Source: Squalus acanthias
Lineage: Eukaryota
DNA length: 64,000 nt
Reading direction: 5' to 3'
Assembly (NCBI GenBank): GCA_030390025.1
Contig: JASTWF010000360.1
Span: forward strand, 62,001 to 126,000
Below are positions 48,001 through 63,000 of this stretch, in pieces. The notes under the pieces are model-generated. The model made no database searches and was not told the DNA's origin. It worked only from the letters and a program-made list of their open reading frames with translations. Position 1 is the stretch's first letter. Each line of letters starts with the position of its first letter. Position numbers and translations under genes: made by a program.

Positions 48001-51000
48001 CTGATTGGGCAGCACTGAGAGAGGGACAGGCTCACAATGTACTGATTGGGCAGCACTGAGAGAGGGACAGGCTCACAATGTACTGATTGACCAGCACTGA
48101 GAGAGGGACAGACTCACAATGTACTGATTGGGCAGCACTGAGAGAGGGACAGGCTCACAATGTACTGATTGACCAGCACTGAGAGAGGGACAGACTCACA
48201 ATGTACTGATTGACCAGCACTGAGAGAGGGACAGGCTCACAATGTACTGATTGGGCAGCACTGAGAGAGGGACAGGCTCACAATGTACTGATTGGGCAGC
48301 ACTGAGAGAGGGACAGGCTCACAATGTACTGATTGGGCAGCACTGAGAGAGGGACAGGCTCACAATGTACTGATTGGGCAGCACTGAGAGAGGGACAGGC
48401 TCACAATGTACTGATTGGGCAGCACTGAGAGAGGGACAGACTCACAATGTACTGATTGACCAGCACTGAGAGAGGGACAGGCTCACAATGTACTGATTGG
48501 GCAGCACTGAGAGAGGGACAGGCTCACAATGTACTGATTGACCAGCACTGAGAGAGGGACAGACTCACAATGTACTGATTGGGCAGCACTGAGAGAGGGA
48601 CAGACTCACAATGTACTGATTGGGCAGCACTGAGAGAGGGACAGGCTCACAATGTACTGATTGGGCAGCACTGAGAGAGGGACAGACTCACAATGTACTG
48701 ATTGGGCAGCACTGAGAGAGGGACAGGCTCACAATGTACTGATTGGGCAGCACTGAGAGAGGGACAGACTCACAATGTACTGATTGGACAGCACTGAGAG
48801 AGGGACAGGCTCACAATGTACTGATTGGGCAGCACTGAGAGAGGGACAGACTCACAATGTACTGATTGGGCAGCACTGAGAGAGGGACAGGCTCACAATG
48901 TACTGATTGGGCAGCACTGAGAGAGGGACAGACTCACAATGTACTGATTGGGCAGCACTGAGAGAGGGACAGACTCACAATGTACTGATTGGCAGCACTG
49001 AGAGAGGGACAGACTCACAATGTACTGATTGGGCAGCACTGAGAGAGGGACAGGCTCACAATGTACTGATTGGGCAGCACTGAGAGAGGGACAGGCTCAC
49101 AATGTACTGATTGGGCAGCACTGAGAGAGGGACAGACTCACAATGTACTGATTGGGCAGCACTGAGAGAGGGACAGACTCACAATGTACTGATTGGGAGC
49201 GCTGAGAGAGGGACAGCTCACAATGTACTGATTGGGCAGCACTGAGAGAGGGACAGGCTCACAATGTACTGATTGGGCAGCACTGAGAGAGGGACAGACT
49301 CACAATGTACTGATTGGGCAGCACTGAGAGAGGGACAGGCTCACAATGTACTGATTGGGCAGCACTGAGAGAGGGACAGACTCACAATGTACTGATTGGG
49401 CAGCACTGAGAGAGGGACAGGCTCACAATGTACTGATTGGGCAGCACTGAGAGAGGGACAGGCTCACAATGTACTGATTGGGCAGCACTGAGAGAGGGAC
49501 AGGCTCACAATGTACTGATTGGGCAGCACTGAGAGAGGGACAGGACTCACAATGTACTGATTGGCAGCACTGAGAGAGGGACAGGCTCACAATGTACTGA
49601 TTGGGCAGCACTGAGAGAGGGACAGACTCACAATGTACTGATTGGGCAGCACTGAGAGAGGGACAGACTCACAATGTACTGATTGGGCAGCACTGAGAGA
49701 GGGACAGGCTCACAATGTACTGATTGGGCAGCACTGAGAGAGGGACAGGCTCACAATGTACTGATTGGGCAGCACTGAGAGAGGGACAGACTCACAATGT
49801 ACTGATTGGGCAGCACTGAGAGAGGGACAGACTCACAATGTACTGATTGGGAGCGCTGAGAGAGGGACAGCTCACAATGTACTGATTGGGCAGCACTGAG
49901 AGAGGGACAGGCTCACAATGTACTGATTGGGCAGCACTGAGAGAGGGACAGACTCACAATGTACTGATTGGGCAGCACTGAGAGAGGGACAGGCTCACAA
50001 TGTACTGATTGGGCAGCACTGAGAGAGGGACAGACTCACAATGTACTGATTGGGCAGCACTGAGAGAGGGACAGGCTCACAATGTACTGATTGGGCAGCA
50101 CTGAGAGAGGGACAGGCTCACAATGTACTGATTGGGCAGCACTGAGAGAGGGACAGGCTCACAATGTACTGATTGGGCAGCACTGAGAGAGGGACAGGCT
50201 CACAATGTACTGATTGGCAGCACTGAGAGAGGGACAGGCTCACAATGTACTGATTGGGCAGCACTGAGAGAGGGACAGGCTCACAATGTACTGATTGGGC
50301 AGCACTGAGAGAGGGACAGGCTCACAATGTACTGATTGGGCAGCACTGAGAGAGGGACAGGCTCACAATGTACTGATTGAGCAGCACTGAGAGAGGGACA
50401 GGCTCACAATGTACTGATTGGGCAGCACTGAGAGAGGGACAGGCTCACAATGTACTGATTGGGCAGCACTGAGAGAGGGACAGGCTCACAATGTACTGAT
50501 TGGGCAGCACTGAGAGAGGGACAGGCTCACAATGTACTGATTGGGCAGCACTGAGAGAGGGACAGGCTCACAATGTACTGATTGGGCAGCACTGAGAGAG
50601 GGACAGACTCACAATGTACTGATTGGGCAGCACTGAGAGAGGGACAGGCTCACAATGTACTGATTGGGCAGCACTGAGAGAGGGACAGGCTCACAATGTA
50701 CTGATTGGGCAGCACTGAGAGAGGGACAGACTCACAATGTACTGATTGGGCAGCACTGAGAGAGGGACAGACTCACAATGTACTGATTGGCAGCACTGAG
50801 AGAGGGACAGCTCACAATGTACTGATTGGGCAGCACTGAGAGAGGGACAGGCTCACAATGTACTGATTGACCAGCACTGAGAGAGGGACAGGCTCACAAT
50901 GTACTGATTGGGCAGCACTGAGAGAGGGACAGGCTCACAATGTACTGATTGGGCAGCACTGAGAGAGGGACAGGCTCACAATGTACTGATTGGGCAGCAC

Positions 51001-54000
51001 TGAGAGAGGGACAGGCTCACAATGTACTGATTGGGCAGCACTGAGAGAGGGACAGACTCACAATGTACTGATTGGGCAGCACTGAGAGAGGGACAGGCTC
51101 ACAATGTACTGATTGGGCAGCACTGAGAGAGGGACAGGCTCACAATGTACTGATTGGGCAGCACTGAGAGAGGGACAGACTCACAATGTACTGATTGGGC
51201 AGCACTGAGAGAGGGACAGGCTCACAATGTACTGATTGGGCAGCACTGAGAGAGGGACAGACTCACAATGTACTGATTGGCAGCACTGAGAGAGGGACAG
51301 ACTCACAATGTACTGATTGGGCAGCACTGAGAGAGGGACAGGCTCACAATGTACTGATTGACCAGCACTGAGAGAGGGACAGACTCACAATGTACTGATT
51401 GACCAGCACTGAGAGAGGGACAGGCTCACAATGTACTGATTGGGCAGCACTGAGAGAGGGACAGGCTCACAATGTACTGATTGGGCAGCACTGAGAGAGG
51501 GACAGGCTCACAATGTACTGATTGGGCAGCACTGAGAGAGGGACAGGCTCACAATGTACTGATTGGGCAGCACTGAGAGAGGGACAGGCTCACAATGTAC
51601 TGATTGGGCAGCACTGAGAGAGGGACAGACTCACAATGTACTGATTGGACCAGCACTGAGAGAGGGACAGGCTCACAATGTACTGATTGGGCAGCACTGA
51701 GAGAGGGACAGGCTCACAATGTACTGATTGGGCAGCACTGAGAGAGGGACAGACTCACAATGTACTGATTGACAGCACTGAGAGAGGGACAGACTCACAA
51801 TGTACTGATTGGGCAGCACTGAGAGAGGGACAGGCTCACAATGTACTGATTGGGCAGCACTGAGAGAGGGACAGACTCACAATGTACTGATTGGGCAGCA
51901 CTGAGAGAGGGACAGGCTCACAATGTACTGATTGGGCAGCACTGAGAGAGGGACAGACTCACAATGTACTGATTGGGCAGCACTGAGAGAGGGACAGACT
52001 CACAATGTACTGATTGGGCAGCACTGAGAGAGGGACAGACTCACAATGTACTGATTGGACAGCACTGAGAGAGGGACAGGCTCACAATGTACTGATTGAC
52101 AGCACTGAGAGAGGGACAGGCTCACAATGTACTGATTGGCAGCACTGAGAGAGGGACAGACTCACAATGTACTGATTGGGCAGCACTGAGAGAGGGACAG
52201 GCTCACAATGTACTGATTGGGCAGCACTGAGAGAGGGACAGGCTCACAATGTACTGATTGGGCAGCACTGAGAGAGGGACAGGCTCACAATGTACTGATT
52301 GGGCAGCACTGAGAGAGGGACAGGCTCACAATGTACTGATTGGGCAGCACTGAGAGAGGGACAGACTCACAATGTACTGATTGGGCAGCACTGAGAGAGG
52401 GACAGGCTCACAATGTACTGATTGGGCAGCACTGAGAGAGGGACAGACTCACAATGTACTGATTGGGCAGCACTGAGAGAGGGACAGGCTCACAATGTAC
52501 TGATTGGGCAGCACTGAGAGAGGGACAGGCTCACAATGTACTGATTGGGCAGCACTGAGAGAGGGACAGGCTCACAATGTACTGATTGGGCAGCACTGAG
52601 AGAGGGACAGACTCACAATGTACTGATTGGGCAGCACTGAGAGAGGGACAGGCTCACAATGTACTGATTGGGCAGCACTGAGAGAGGGACAGGCTCACAA
52701 TGTACTGATTGGGCAGCACTGAGAGAGGGACAGGCTCACAATGTACTGATTGGGCAGCACTGAGAGAGGGACAGGCTCACAATGTACTGATTGGGCAGCA
52801 CTGAGAGAGGGACAGGCTCACAATGTACTGATTGGGCAGCACTGAGAGAGGGACAGGCTCACAATGTACTGATTGGGCAGCACTGAGAGAGGGACAGACT
52901 CACAATGTACTGATTGGGCAGCACTGAGAGAGGGACAGGCTCACAATGTACTGATTGGGCAGCACTGAGAGAGGGACAGGCTCACAATGTACTGATTGGG
53001 CAGCACTGAGAGAGGGACAGGCTCACAATGTACTGATTGACCAGCACTGAGAGAGGGACAGACTCACAATGTACTGATTGGGCAGCACTGAGAGAGGGAC
53101 AGGCTCACAATGTACTGATTGACCAGCACTGAGAGAGGGACAGACTCACAATGTACTGATTGACCAGCACTGAGAGAGGGACAGGCTCACAATGTACTGA
53201 TTGGGCAGCACTGAGAGAGGGACAGGCTCACAATGTACTGATTGGGCAGCACTGAGAGAGGGACAGGCTCACAATGTACTGATGGGCATCACTGAGAGAG
53301 GGACAGGCTCACAATGTACTGATTGGGCAGCACTGAGAGAGGGACAGACTCACAATGTACTGATTGACCAGCACTGAGAGAGGGACAGGCTCACAATGTA
53401 CTGATTGGGCAGCACTGAGAGGGGGACAGGCTCACAATGTACTGATTGGGCAGCACTGAGAGAGGGACAGACTCACAATGTACTGATTGACCAGCACTGA
53501 GAGAGGGACAGGCTCACAATGCACTGATTGGGCATCACTGAGAGAGGGACAGTCTCACAATGTACTGATTGGGTATCACTGAGAGAGGGACAGACTCACA
53601 ATGTACTGATTGGGCAGCACTGAGAGAGGGACAGGCTCACAATGTCCTGATTGACCAGCACTGAGAGAGGGACAGACTCACAATGTACTGATTGGGCAGC
53701 ACTGAGAGAGGGACAGGCTCACAATGTACTGATTGGGCAGCACTGAGAGAGGGACAGACTCACAATGTACTGATTGGGCAGCACTGAGAGAGGGACAGAC
53801 TCACAATGTACTGATTGGGCAGCACTGAGAGAGGGACAGACTCACAATGTACTGATTGGGCAGCACTGAGAGAGGGACAGACTCACAATGTACTGATTGG
53901 GCAGCACTGAGAGAGGGACAGGCTCACAATGTACTGATTGGGCAGCACTGAGAGAGGGACAGGCTCACAATGTACTGATTGGGCAGCACTGAGAGAGGGA

Positions 54001-57000
54001 CAGACTCACAATGTACTGATTGGGCAGCACTGAGAGAGGGACAGACTCACAATGTACTGATTGGGCAGCACTGAGAGAGGGACAGGCTCACAATGTACTG
54101 ATTGGGCAGCACTGAGAGAGGGACAGACTCACAATGTACTGATTGGGCAGCACTGAGAGAGGGACAGACTCACAATGTACTGATTGGGCAGCACTGAGAG
54201 AGGGACAGACTCACAATGTACTGATTGGGCAGCACTGAGAGGGGGACAGGCTCACAATGTACTGATTGGGCAGCACTGAGAGAGGGACAGGCTCACAATG
54301 TACTGATTGGGCAGCACTGAGAGAGGGACAGACTCACAATGTACTGATTGGGCAGCACTGAGAGAGGGACAGACTCACAATGTACTGATTGGGCATCACT
54401 GAGAGAGGGACAGACTCACAATGTACTGATTGGGCAGCACAGAGAGGGACAGACTCACAATGTACTGATTGGGCAGCAGCTGAGAGAGGGACAGGCTCAC
54501 AATGTACTGATTGGGCAGCACTGAGAGTGGGACAGACTCACAATGTACTGATTGGGCAGCACTGAGAGAGGGACAGGCTCACAATGTACTGATTGGGCAG
54601 CACTGAGAGAGGGACAGGCTCACAATGTACTGATTGGGCAGCACTGAGAGAGGGACAGGCTCACAATGTACTGATTGGGCAGCATTGAGAGAGGGACAGG
54701 CTCACAATGTACTGATTGATCAGCACGAGAGAGGGACAGGCTCACAATGTACTGATTGGGCAGCACTGAGAGAGGGACAGGCTCACAATGTACTGATTGA
54801 CCAGCACTGAGAGAGGGACAGGCTCACAATGTACTGATTGATCAGCACTGAGAGAGGGACAGGCTCACAATGTACTGATTGGGCAGCACTGAGAGAGGGA
54901 CAGGCTCACAATGTACTGATTGGGCAGCACTGAGAGAGGGTCAGGCTCACAATGTACTGATTGGGCAGCACTGAGAGAGGGACAGACTCACAATGTACTG
55001 ATTGGGCAGCACTGAGAGAGGGACAGGCTCACAATGTGCTGATTGGGCAGCACTGAGAGAGGGTCAACCTCACAATGTACTGATTGGGCAGCACTGAGAG
55101 AGGGACAGACTCACAATGTACTGATTGGGCAGCACTGAGAGAGGAACAGGCTCACAATGTATTGACTGACCAGCACTGAGAGAGGGACAGGCTCACAATG
55201 TACTGATTGGGCAGCACTGAGAGAGAGACAGGCTCACAATGTACTGATTGGGCAGCACTGAGAGAGGGACAGACTCACAATGTACTGATTGGGAAGCACT
55301 GAGAGAGGGACAGGCTCACAATGTACTGATTGACCAGCACTGAGAGAGGGACAGACTCACAAACTACTGATTGACCAGCACTGAGAGAGGGACAGGCTCA
55401 CAATGTACTGATTGGGATGCACTGAGAGAGGGACAGGCTCACAATGTACTGATTGGGCATCACTGAGAGAGGGACAGACTCACAATGTACTGATTGGGGA
55501 GCACTGAGAGAGGGACAGGCTCACAATGTACTGATTGGGAAGCACTGAGAGAGGGACAGGCTCACAATGTACTGATTGGGCAGCACTGAGAGAGCGACAG
55601 GCTCACAATGTACTGATTGGGCAGCACTGAGAGAGGGACAGAACACAATGTACTGATTGACCATCACTGAGAGAGGGACAGGCTCACAATGTACTGATTG
55701 GGCAGCACTGAGAGAGGGACAGGCTCACAATGTACTGATTGGGCAGCACTGAGAGAGGGACAGGCTCACAATGTACTGATTGGGCAGCACTGAGAGAGGG
55801 ACAGGCTCACAATGTACTGATTGGGCAGCACTGAGAGAGGGACAGACTCACAATGTACTGATTGGGCAGCACTGAGAGAGGGACAGGCTCACAATGTACT
55901 GATTGGGCAGCACTGAGAGAGGGACAGACTCACAATGTACTGATTGGGCAGCACTGAGAGAGGGACAGGCTCACAATGTACTGATTGGGCAGCACTGAGA
56001 GAGGGACAGGCTCACAATGTACTGATTGGGCAGCACTGAGAGAGGGACAGGCTCACAATGTACTGATTGGGCAGCACTGAGAGAGGGACAGGCTCACAAT
56101 GTACTGATTGGGCAGCACTGAGAGAGGGACAGGCTCACAATGTACTGATTGGGCAGCACTGAGAGAGGGACAGGCTCACAATGTACTGATTGGGCAGCAC
56201 TGAGAGAGGGACAGACTCACAATGTACTGATTGGGCAGCACTGAGAGAGGGACAGGCTCACAATGTACTGATTGGGCAGCACTGAGAGAGGGACAGGCTC
56301 ACAATGTACTGATTGGGCAGCACTGAGAGAGGGACAGGCTCACAATGTACTGATTGACCAGCACTGAGAGAGGGACAGACTCACAATGTACTGATTGGGC
56401 AGCACTGAGAGAGGGACAGGCTCACAATGTACTGATTGACCAGCACTGAGAGAGGGACAGACTCACAATGTACTGATTGACCAGCACTGAGAGAGGGACA
56501 GGCTCACAATGTACTGATTGGGCAGCACTGAGAGAGGGACAGGCTCACAATGTACTGATTGGGCAGCACTGAGAGAGGGACAGGCTCACAATGTACTGAT
56601 TGGGCAGCACTGAGAGAGGGACAGGCTCACAATGTACTGATTGGGCAGCACTGAGAGAGGGACAGACTCACAATGTACTGATTGACCAGCACTGAGAGAG
56701 GGACAGGCTCACAATGTACTGATTGGGCATCACTGAGAGGGGGACAGGCTCACAATGTACTGATTGGGCAGCACTGAGAGAGGGACGGACTCACAATGTA
56801 CTGATTGACCAGCACTGAGAGAGGGACAGGCTCACAATGTACTGATTGGGCAGCACTGAGAGAGGGACAGTCTCACAATGTACTGATTGGGCAGCACTGA
56901 GAGAGGGACAGACTCACAATGTACTGATTGGACAGCAATGAGAGAGGGACAGGCTCACAATGTCCTGATTGACCAGCACTGAGAGAGGGACAGACTCACA

Positions 57001-60000
57001 ATGTACTGATTGGGCAGCACTGAGAGAGGGACAGGCTCACAATGTACTGATTGGGCATCACTGAGAGAGGGACAGACTCACAATGTACTGATTGGGCAGC
57101 ACTGAGAGAGGGACAGACTCACAATGTACTGATTGGGCAGCACTGAGAGAGGGACAGACTCACAATGTACTGATTGGGCAGCACTGAGAGAGGGACAGGC
57201 TCACAATGTACTGATTGGGCAGCACTGAGAGAGGGACAGGCTCACAATGTACTGATTGGGCAGCACTGAGAGAGGGACAGACTCACAATGTACTGATTGG
57301 GCAGCACAGAGAGGGACAGACTCACAATGTACTGATTGGGCAGCACTGAGAGAGGGACAGACTCACAATGTACTGATTGGGCAGCACTGAGAGAGGGACA
57401 GACTCACAATGTACTGATTGGGCAGCACTGAGAGAGGGACAGGCTCACAATGTACTGATTGGGCAGCACTGAGAGTGGGACAGACTCACAATGTACTGAT
57501 TGGGCAGCACTGAGAGAGGGACAGGCTCACAATGTACTGATTGGGCAGCACTGAGAGAGGGACAGGCTCACAATGTACTGATTGGGCAGCACTGAGAGAG
57601 GGACAGGCTCACAATGTACTGATTGGGCAGCACTGAGAGAGGGTCGGACTCACAATGTACTGATTGGGCAGAACTGAGAGAGGGACAGGCTCACAATGTA
57701 CTGATGGGGCATCATTGAGAGAGGGACAGGCTCACAATGTACTGATTGGGCAGCACTGAGAGAGGGACAGACTCACAATGTACTGATTGACCAGCACTGA
57801 GAGAGGGACAGGCTCACAATGTACTGATTGGGCATCACTGAGAGGGGGACAGGCTCACAATGTACTGATTGGGCAGCACTGAGAGAGGGACAGACTCACA
57901 ATGTACTGATTGACCAGCACTGAGAGAGGGACAGGCTCACAATGCACTGATTGGGCATCACTGAGAGAGGGACAGGCTCACAATGTGCTGATTGGGTATC
58001 ACTGAGAGAGGGACAGACTCACAATGTACTGATTGGACAGCAATGAGAGAGGGACAGGCTCACAATGTCCTGATTGACCAGCACTGAGAGAGGGACAGAC
58101 TCACAATGTACTGATTGGGTAGCACTGAGAGAGGGACAGGCTCACAATGTACTGATTGGGCAGCACTGAGAGAGGGACAGACTCACAATGTACTGATTGG
58201 GCAGCACAGAGAGGGACAGACTCACAATGTACTGATTGGGCAGCACTGAGAGAGGGACAGGCTCACAATGTACTGATTGGGCAGCACTGAGAGAGGGACA
58301 GACTCACAATGTACTGATTGGGCAGCAGTGAGAGAGGGACAGGCTCACAATGTACTGATTGGGCAGCACTGAGAGTGGGACAGACTCACAATGTACTGAT
58401 TGGGCAGCACTGAGAGGGGGACAGGCTCACAATGTACTGAATGGGCAGCACTGAGAGGGGGACAGGCTCACAATGTACTGATTGGGCAGCACTGAGAGAG
58501 GGACAGGCTCACAATGTACTGATTGATCAGCACTGAGAGAGGGTCAGGCTCACAATGTACTGATTGGGCAGCACTGAGAGAGGGACAGGCTCACAATGTG
58601 TTGATTGACCAGCACTGAGAGAGGGACAGGCTCACAATGTACTGATTGATCAGCACTGAGAGAGGGTCAGGCTCACAATGTACTGATTGGGCAGCACTGA
58701 GAGAGGGACAGGCTCACAATGTACTGATTGGGCAGCACTGAGAGAGGGTCAGGCTCACAATGTACTGATTGGGCAGCACTGAGAGAGGGACAGACTCACA
58801 ATGTACTGATTGGGCAGCACTGAGAGAGGGACAGGCTCACAATGTGCTGATTGGGCAGCACTGAGAGAGGGTCAGGCTCACAATGTACTGATTGGGCAGC
58901 ACTGAGAGAGGGACAGACTCACAATGTACTGATTGGGAAGCACTGAGAGAGGGACAGGCTCACAGTGCACTGATTGGGCAGCACTGAGAGAGGGACAGGC
59001 TCACAATGTACTGATTGACCAGCACTGAGAGAGGGACAGACTCACAATGTACTGATTGGGATGCACTGAGAGAGGGACAGGCTCACAATGTATTGATTGA
59101 CCAGCACTGAGAGAGGGACAGACTCACAAAGTACTGATTGACCAGCACTGAGAGAGGGACAGGCTCACAATGTACTGATTGGGCAGCACTGAGAGAGGGA
59201 CAGGCTCACAATGTACTGATTGGGCAGCACTGAGAGAGGGACAGGCTCACAATGTACTGATTGGGCAGCACTGAGAGAGGGACAGGCTCACAATGTACTG
59301 ATGGGGCATCATTGAGAGAGGGACAGGCTCACACTGTACTGATTGGGCAGCACTGAGAGAGGGACAGACTCACAATGTACTGATTGACCAGCACTGAGAG
59401 AGGGACAGGCTCACAATGTACTGATTGGGCATCACTGAGAGGGGGACAGGCTCACAATGTACTGATTGACCAGCACTGAGAGAGGGACAGACTCACAATG
59501 TACTGATTGGGCATCACTGAGAGAGGGACAGACTCACAATGTACTGATTGGACAGCAATGAGAGAGGGACAGGCTCACAATGTACTGATTGACCAGCACT
59601 GAGAGAGGGACAGACTCACAATGTACTGATTGGGCATCACTGAGAGAGGGACAGGCTCACAATGTACTGATTGGGCATCACTGAGAGAGGGACAGACTCA
59701 CAATGTACTGATTGGACAGCACTGAGAGAGGGACAGGCTCACAATGTACTGATTGACCAGCACTGAGAGAGGGACAGACTCACAATGTACTGATTGGGCA
59801 TCACTGAGAGAGGGACAGGCTCACAATGTACTGATTGGGCAGCACTGAGAGAGGGACAGACTCACAATGTACTGATTGGGCAGCACTGAGAGAGGGACAG
59901 ACTCACAATGTACTGATTGGCTAGCACTGAGAGAGGGACAGACTCACAATGTACTGATTGGGCAGCACTGAGAGGGGGACAGGCTCACAATGTACTGATT

Positions 60001-63000
60001 GGGCAGCACTGAGAGAGGGACAGGCTCACAATGTACTGATTGGGCAGCACTGAGAGAGAGACAGACTCACAATGTACTGATTGGGCAGCACTGAGAGGGA
60101 CAGACTCACAATGTACTGATTGAGCAGCACTGAGAGGGACAAGCTCACAATGTACTGATTGGGCAGCACTGAGAGCGGGACAGGCTCACAATGTACTGAT
60201 TGGGCAGCACTGAGAGAGGGACAGACTCACAATGTACTGATTGGGCAGCAGTGAGAGAGGGACAGGCTCACAATGTACTGATTGGGCAGCACTGAGAGAG
60301 GGACAGACTCACAATGTACTGATTGGGCAGCACTGAGAGGGGACAGGCTCACAATGTACTGATTGGGCAGCACTGAGAGGGGGACAGGCTCACAATGTAC
60401 TGATTGGGCAGCACTGAGAGAGGGACAGGCTCACAATGTACTGATTGGGCAGCACTGAGAGAGGGTCGGACTCACAATGTACTGATTGCGCAAAACTGAG
60501 AGAGGGACAGGCTCACAATGTACTGATTGGGCGGCACTGAGAGAGGGACAGACTCACAATGTACTGATTGGGCAGCACTGAGAGAGGGACAGACTCACAA
60601 TGTACTGATTGGGCAGCACTGAGAGGGGGACAGGCTCACAATGTACTGATTGGGTAGCACTGAGAGAGGGACAGGCTCACAATGTACTGATTGGGCAGCA
60701 CTGAGAGAGGGACAGACTCACAATGTACTGATTGGGCAGCACAGAGAGGGACAGACTCACAATGTACTGATTGGCAGCACTGAGAGAGGGACAAGCTCAC
60801 AATGTACTGATTGGGCAGCACAGAGCGGGACAGGCTCACAATGTACTGATTGGGCAGCACTGAGAGAGGGACAGACTCACAATGTACTGATTGGGCAGCA
60901 GTGAGAGAGGGACAGGCTCACAATGTACTGATTGGGCAGCACTGAGAGAGGGACAGACTCACAATGTACTGATTGGGCAGCACTGAGAGGGGGACAGGCT
61001 CACAATGTACTGATTGGGCAGCACTGAGAGGGGGACAGGCTCACAATGTACTGATTGGGCAGCACTGAGAGAGGGACAGGCTCACAATGTACTGATTGGG
61101 CAGCACTGAGAGAGGGTCGGACTCACAATGTACTGATTGCGCAGAACTGAGAGAGGGACAGGCTCACAATGTACTGATTGGGCGGCACTGAGAGAGGGAC
61201 AGGCTCACAATGTACTGATTGGGCAGCACTGAGAGAGGGACGGGCTCACAATGTACTGATTGGGCAGCACTGAGAGAGGGACAGGCTCACAATGTACTGA
61301 TTGATCAGCACCGAGAGAGGGTCAGGCTCACAATGTACTGATTGGGCAGCACTGAGAGAGGGACAGGCTCACAATGTACTGATTGACCAGCACCGAGAGA
61401 GGGACAGGCTCACAATGTACTGATTGGACAGCACTGAGAGAGGGACAGGCTCACAATGTACAGATTGGGCAGCACTGAGAGGGGGTCAGGCTCACAATGT
61501 ACTGATTGGGCAGCACTGAGAGAGGGACAGACTCACAATGTACTGATTGGGCAGCACTGAGAGAGGGACAGGCTCACATTGTGCTGATTGGGCAGCACTG
61601 AGAGAGGGACAGGCTCACAATGTACTGATTGGGCAGCACTGAGAGAGGGACAGACTCACAATGTACTGATTGGGCAGCACAGAGAGGGACAGACTCACAA
61701 TGTACTGATTGGCAGCACTGAGAGAGGGACAAGCTCACAATGTACTGATTGGGCAGCACTGAGAGAGGGACAGGCTCACAATGTACTGATTGACCAGCAC
61801 TGAGAGAGGGACAGGCTCACAATGTACTGATTGATCAGCACCGAGAGAGGGTCAGGCTCACAATGTACTGATTGGGCAGCACTGAGAGAGGGACAGGCTC
61901 ACAATGTACTGATTGGGCAGCACTGAGAGAGGGTCAGGCTCACAATGTACTGATTGGGCAGCACTGAGAGAGGGACAGACTCACAATGTACTGATTGGGC
62001 AGCACTGAGAGAGGGACAGGCTCACAATGTACTGATTGGGCAGCACTGAGAGAGGGACAGGCTCACAATGTACTGATTGGGCAGCACTGAGAGAGGGACA
62101 GACTCACAATGTACTGATTGGGAAGCACTGAGAGAGGGACAGGCTCACAGTGCACTGATTGGGCAGCACTGAGAGAGGGACAGACTCACAATGTACTGAT
62201 TGACCAGCACTGAGAGAGGGACAGACTCACAATGTACTGATTGGGCAGCACTGAGAGAGGGACAGGCTCACAATGTATTGATTGACCAGCACTGAGAGAG
62301 GGACAGACTCACAAAGTACTGATTGACCAGCACTGAGAGAGGGACAGGCTCACAATGTACTGATTGGGCAGCACTGAGAGAGGGACAGGCTCACAATGTA
62401 CTGATTGGGCAGCACTGAGAGAGGGACAGGCTCACAATGTACTGATTGGGCAGCACTGAGAGAGGGACAGGCTCACAATGTACTGATGGGGCATCACTGA
62501 GAGAGGGACAGGCTCACACTGTACTGATTGGGCAGCACTGAGAGAGGGACAGACTCACAATGTACTGATTGACCAGCACTGAGAGAGGGACAGGCTCACA
62601 ATGTACTGATTGGGCATCACTGAGAGAGGGATAGGCTCACAATGTACTGATTGGGCAGCACTGAGAGAGGGACAGACTCACAATGTACTGATTGACCAGC
62701 ACTGAGAGAGGGACAGACTCACAATGTACTGATTGGACAGCAATGAGAGAGGGACAGGCTCACAATGTACTGATTGGGCAGCACTGAGAGAGGGACAGAC
62801 TCACAATGTACTGATTGGACAGCACTGAGAGAGGGACAGGCTCACAATGTACTGATTGGGCAGCACTGAGAGAGGGACAGACTCACAATGTACTGATTGG
62901 GCAGCACTGAGAGAGGGACAGACTCACAATGTACTGATTGGGCATCACTGAGAGAGGGACAGACTCACAATGTACTGATTGACCAGCACTGAGAGAGGGA

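Noticed and set aside
58961..58967. RAG recombination signal: CACAATG in every monomer, and perfect CACAGTG here
   Set aside because: No nonamer-like ACAAAAACC at 12- or 23-bp spacing (AGCACTGAG and AGGGACAGG are found instead), and no V/D/J segments.
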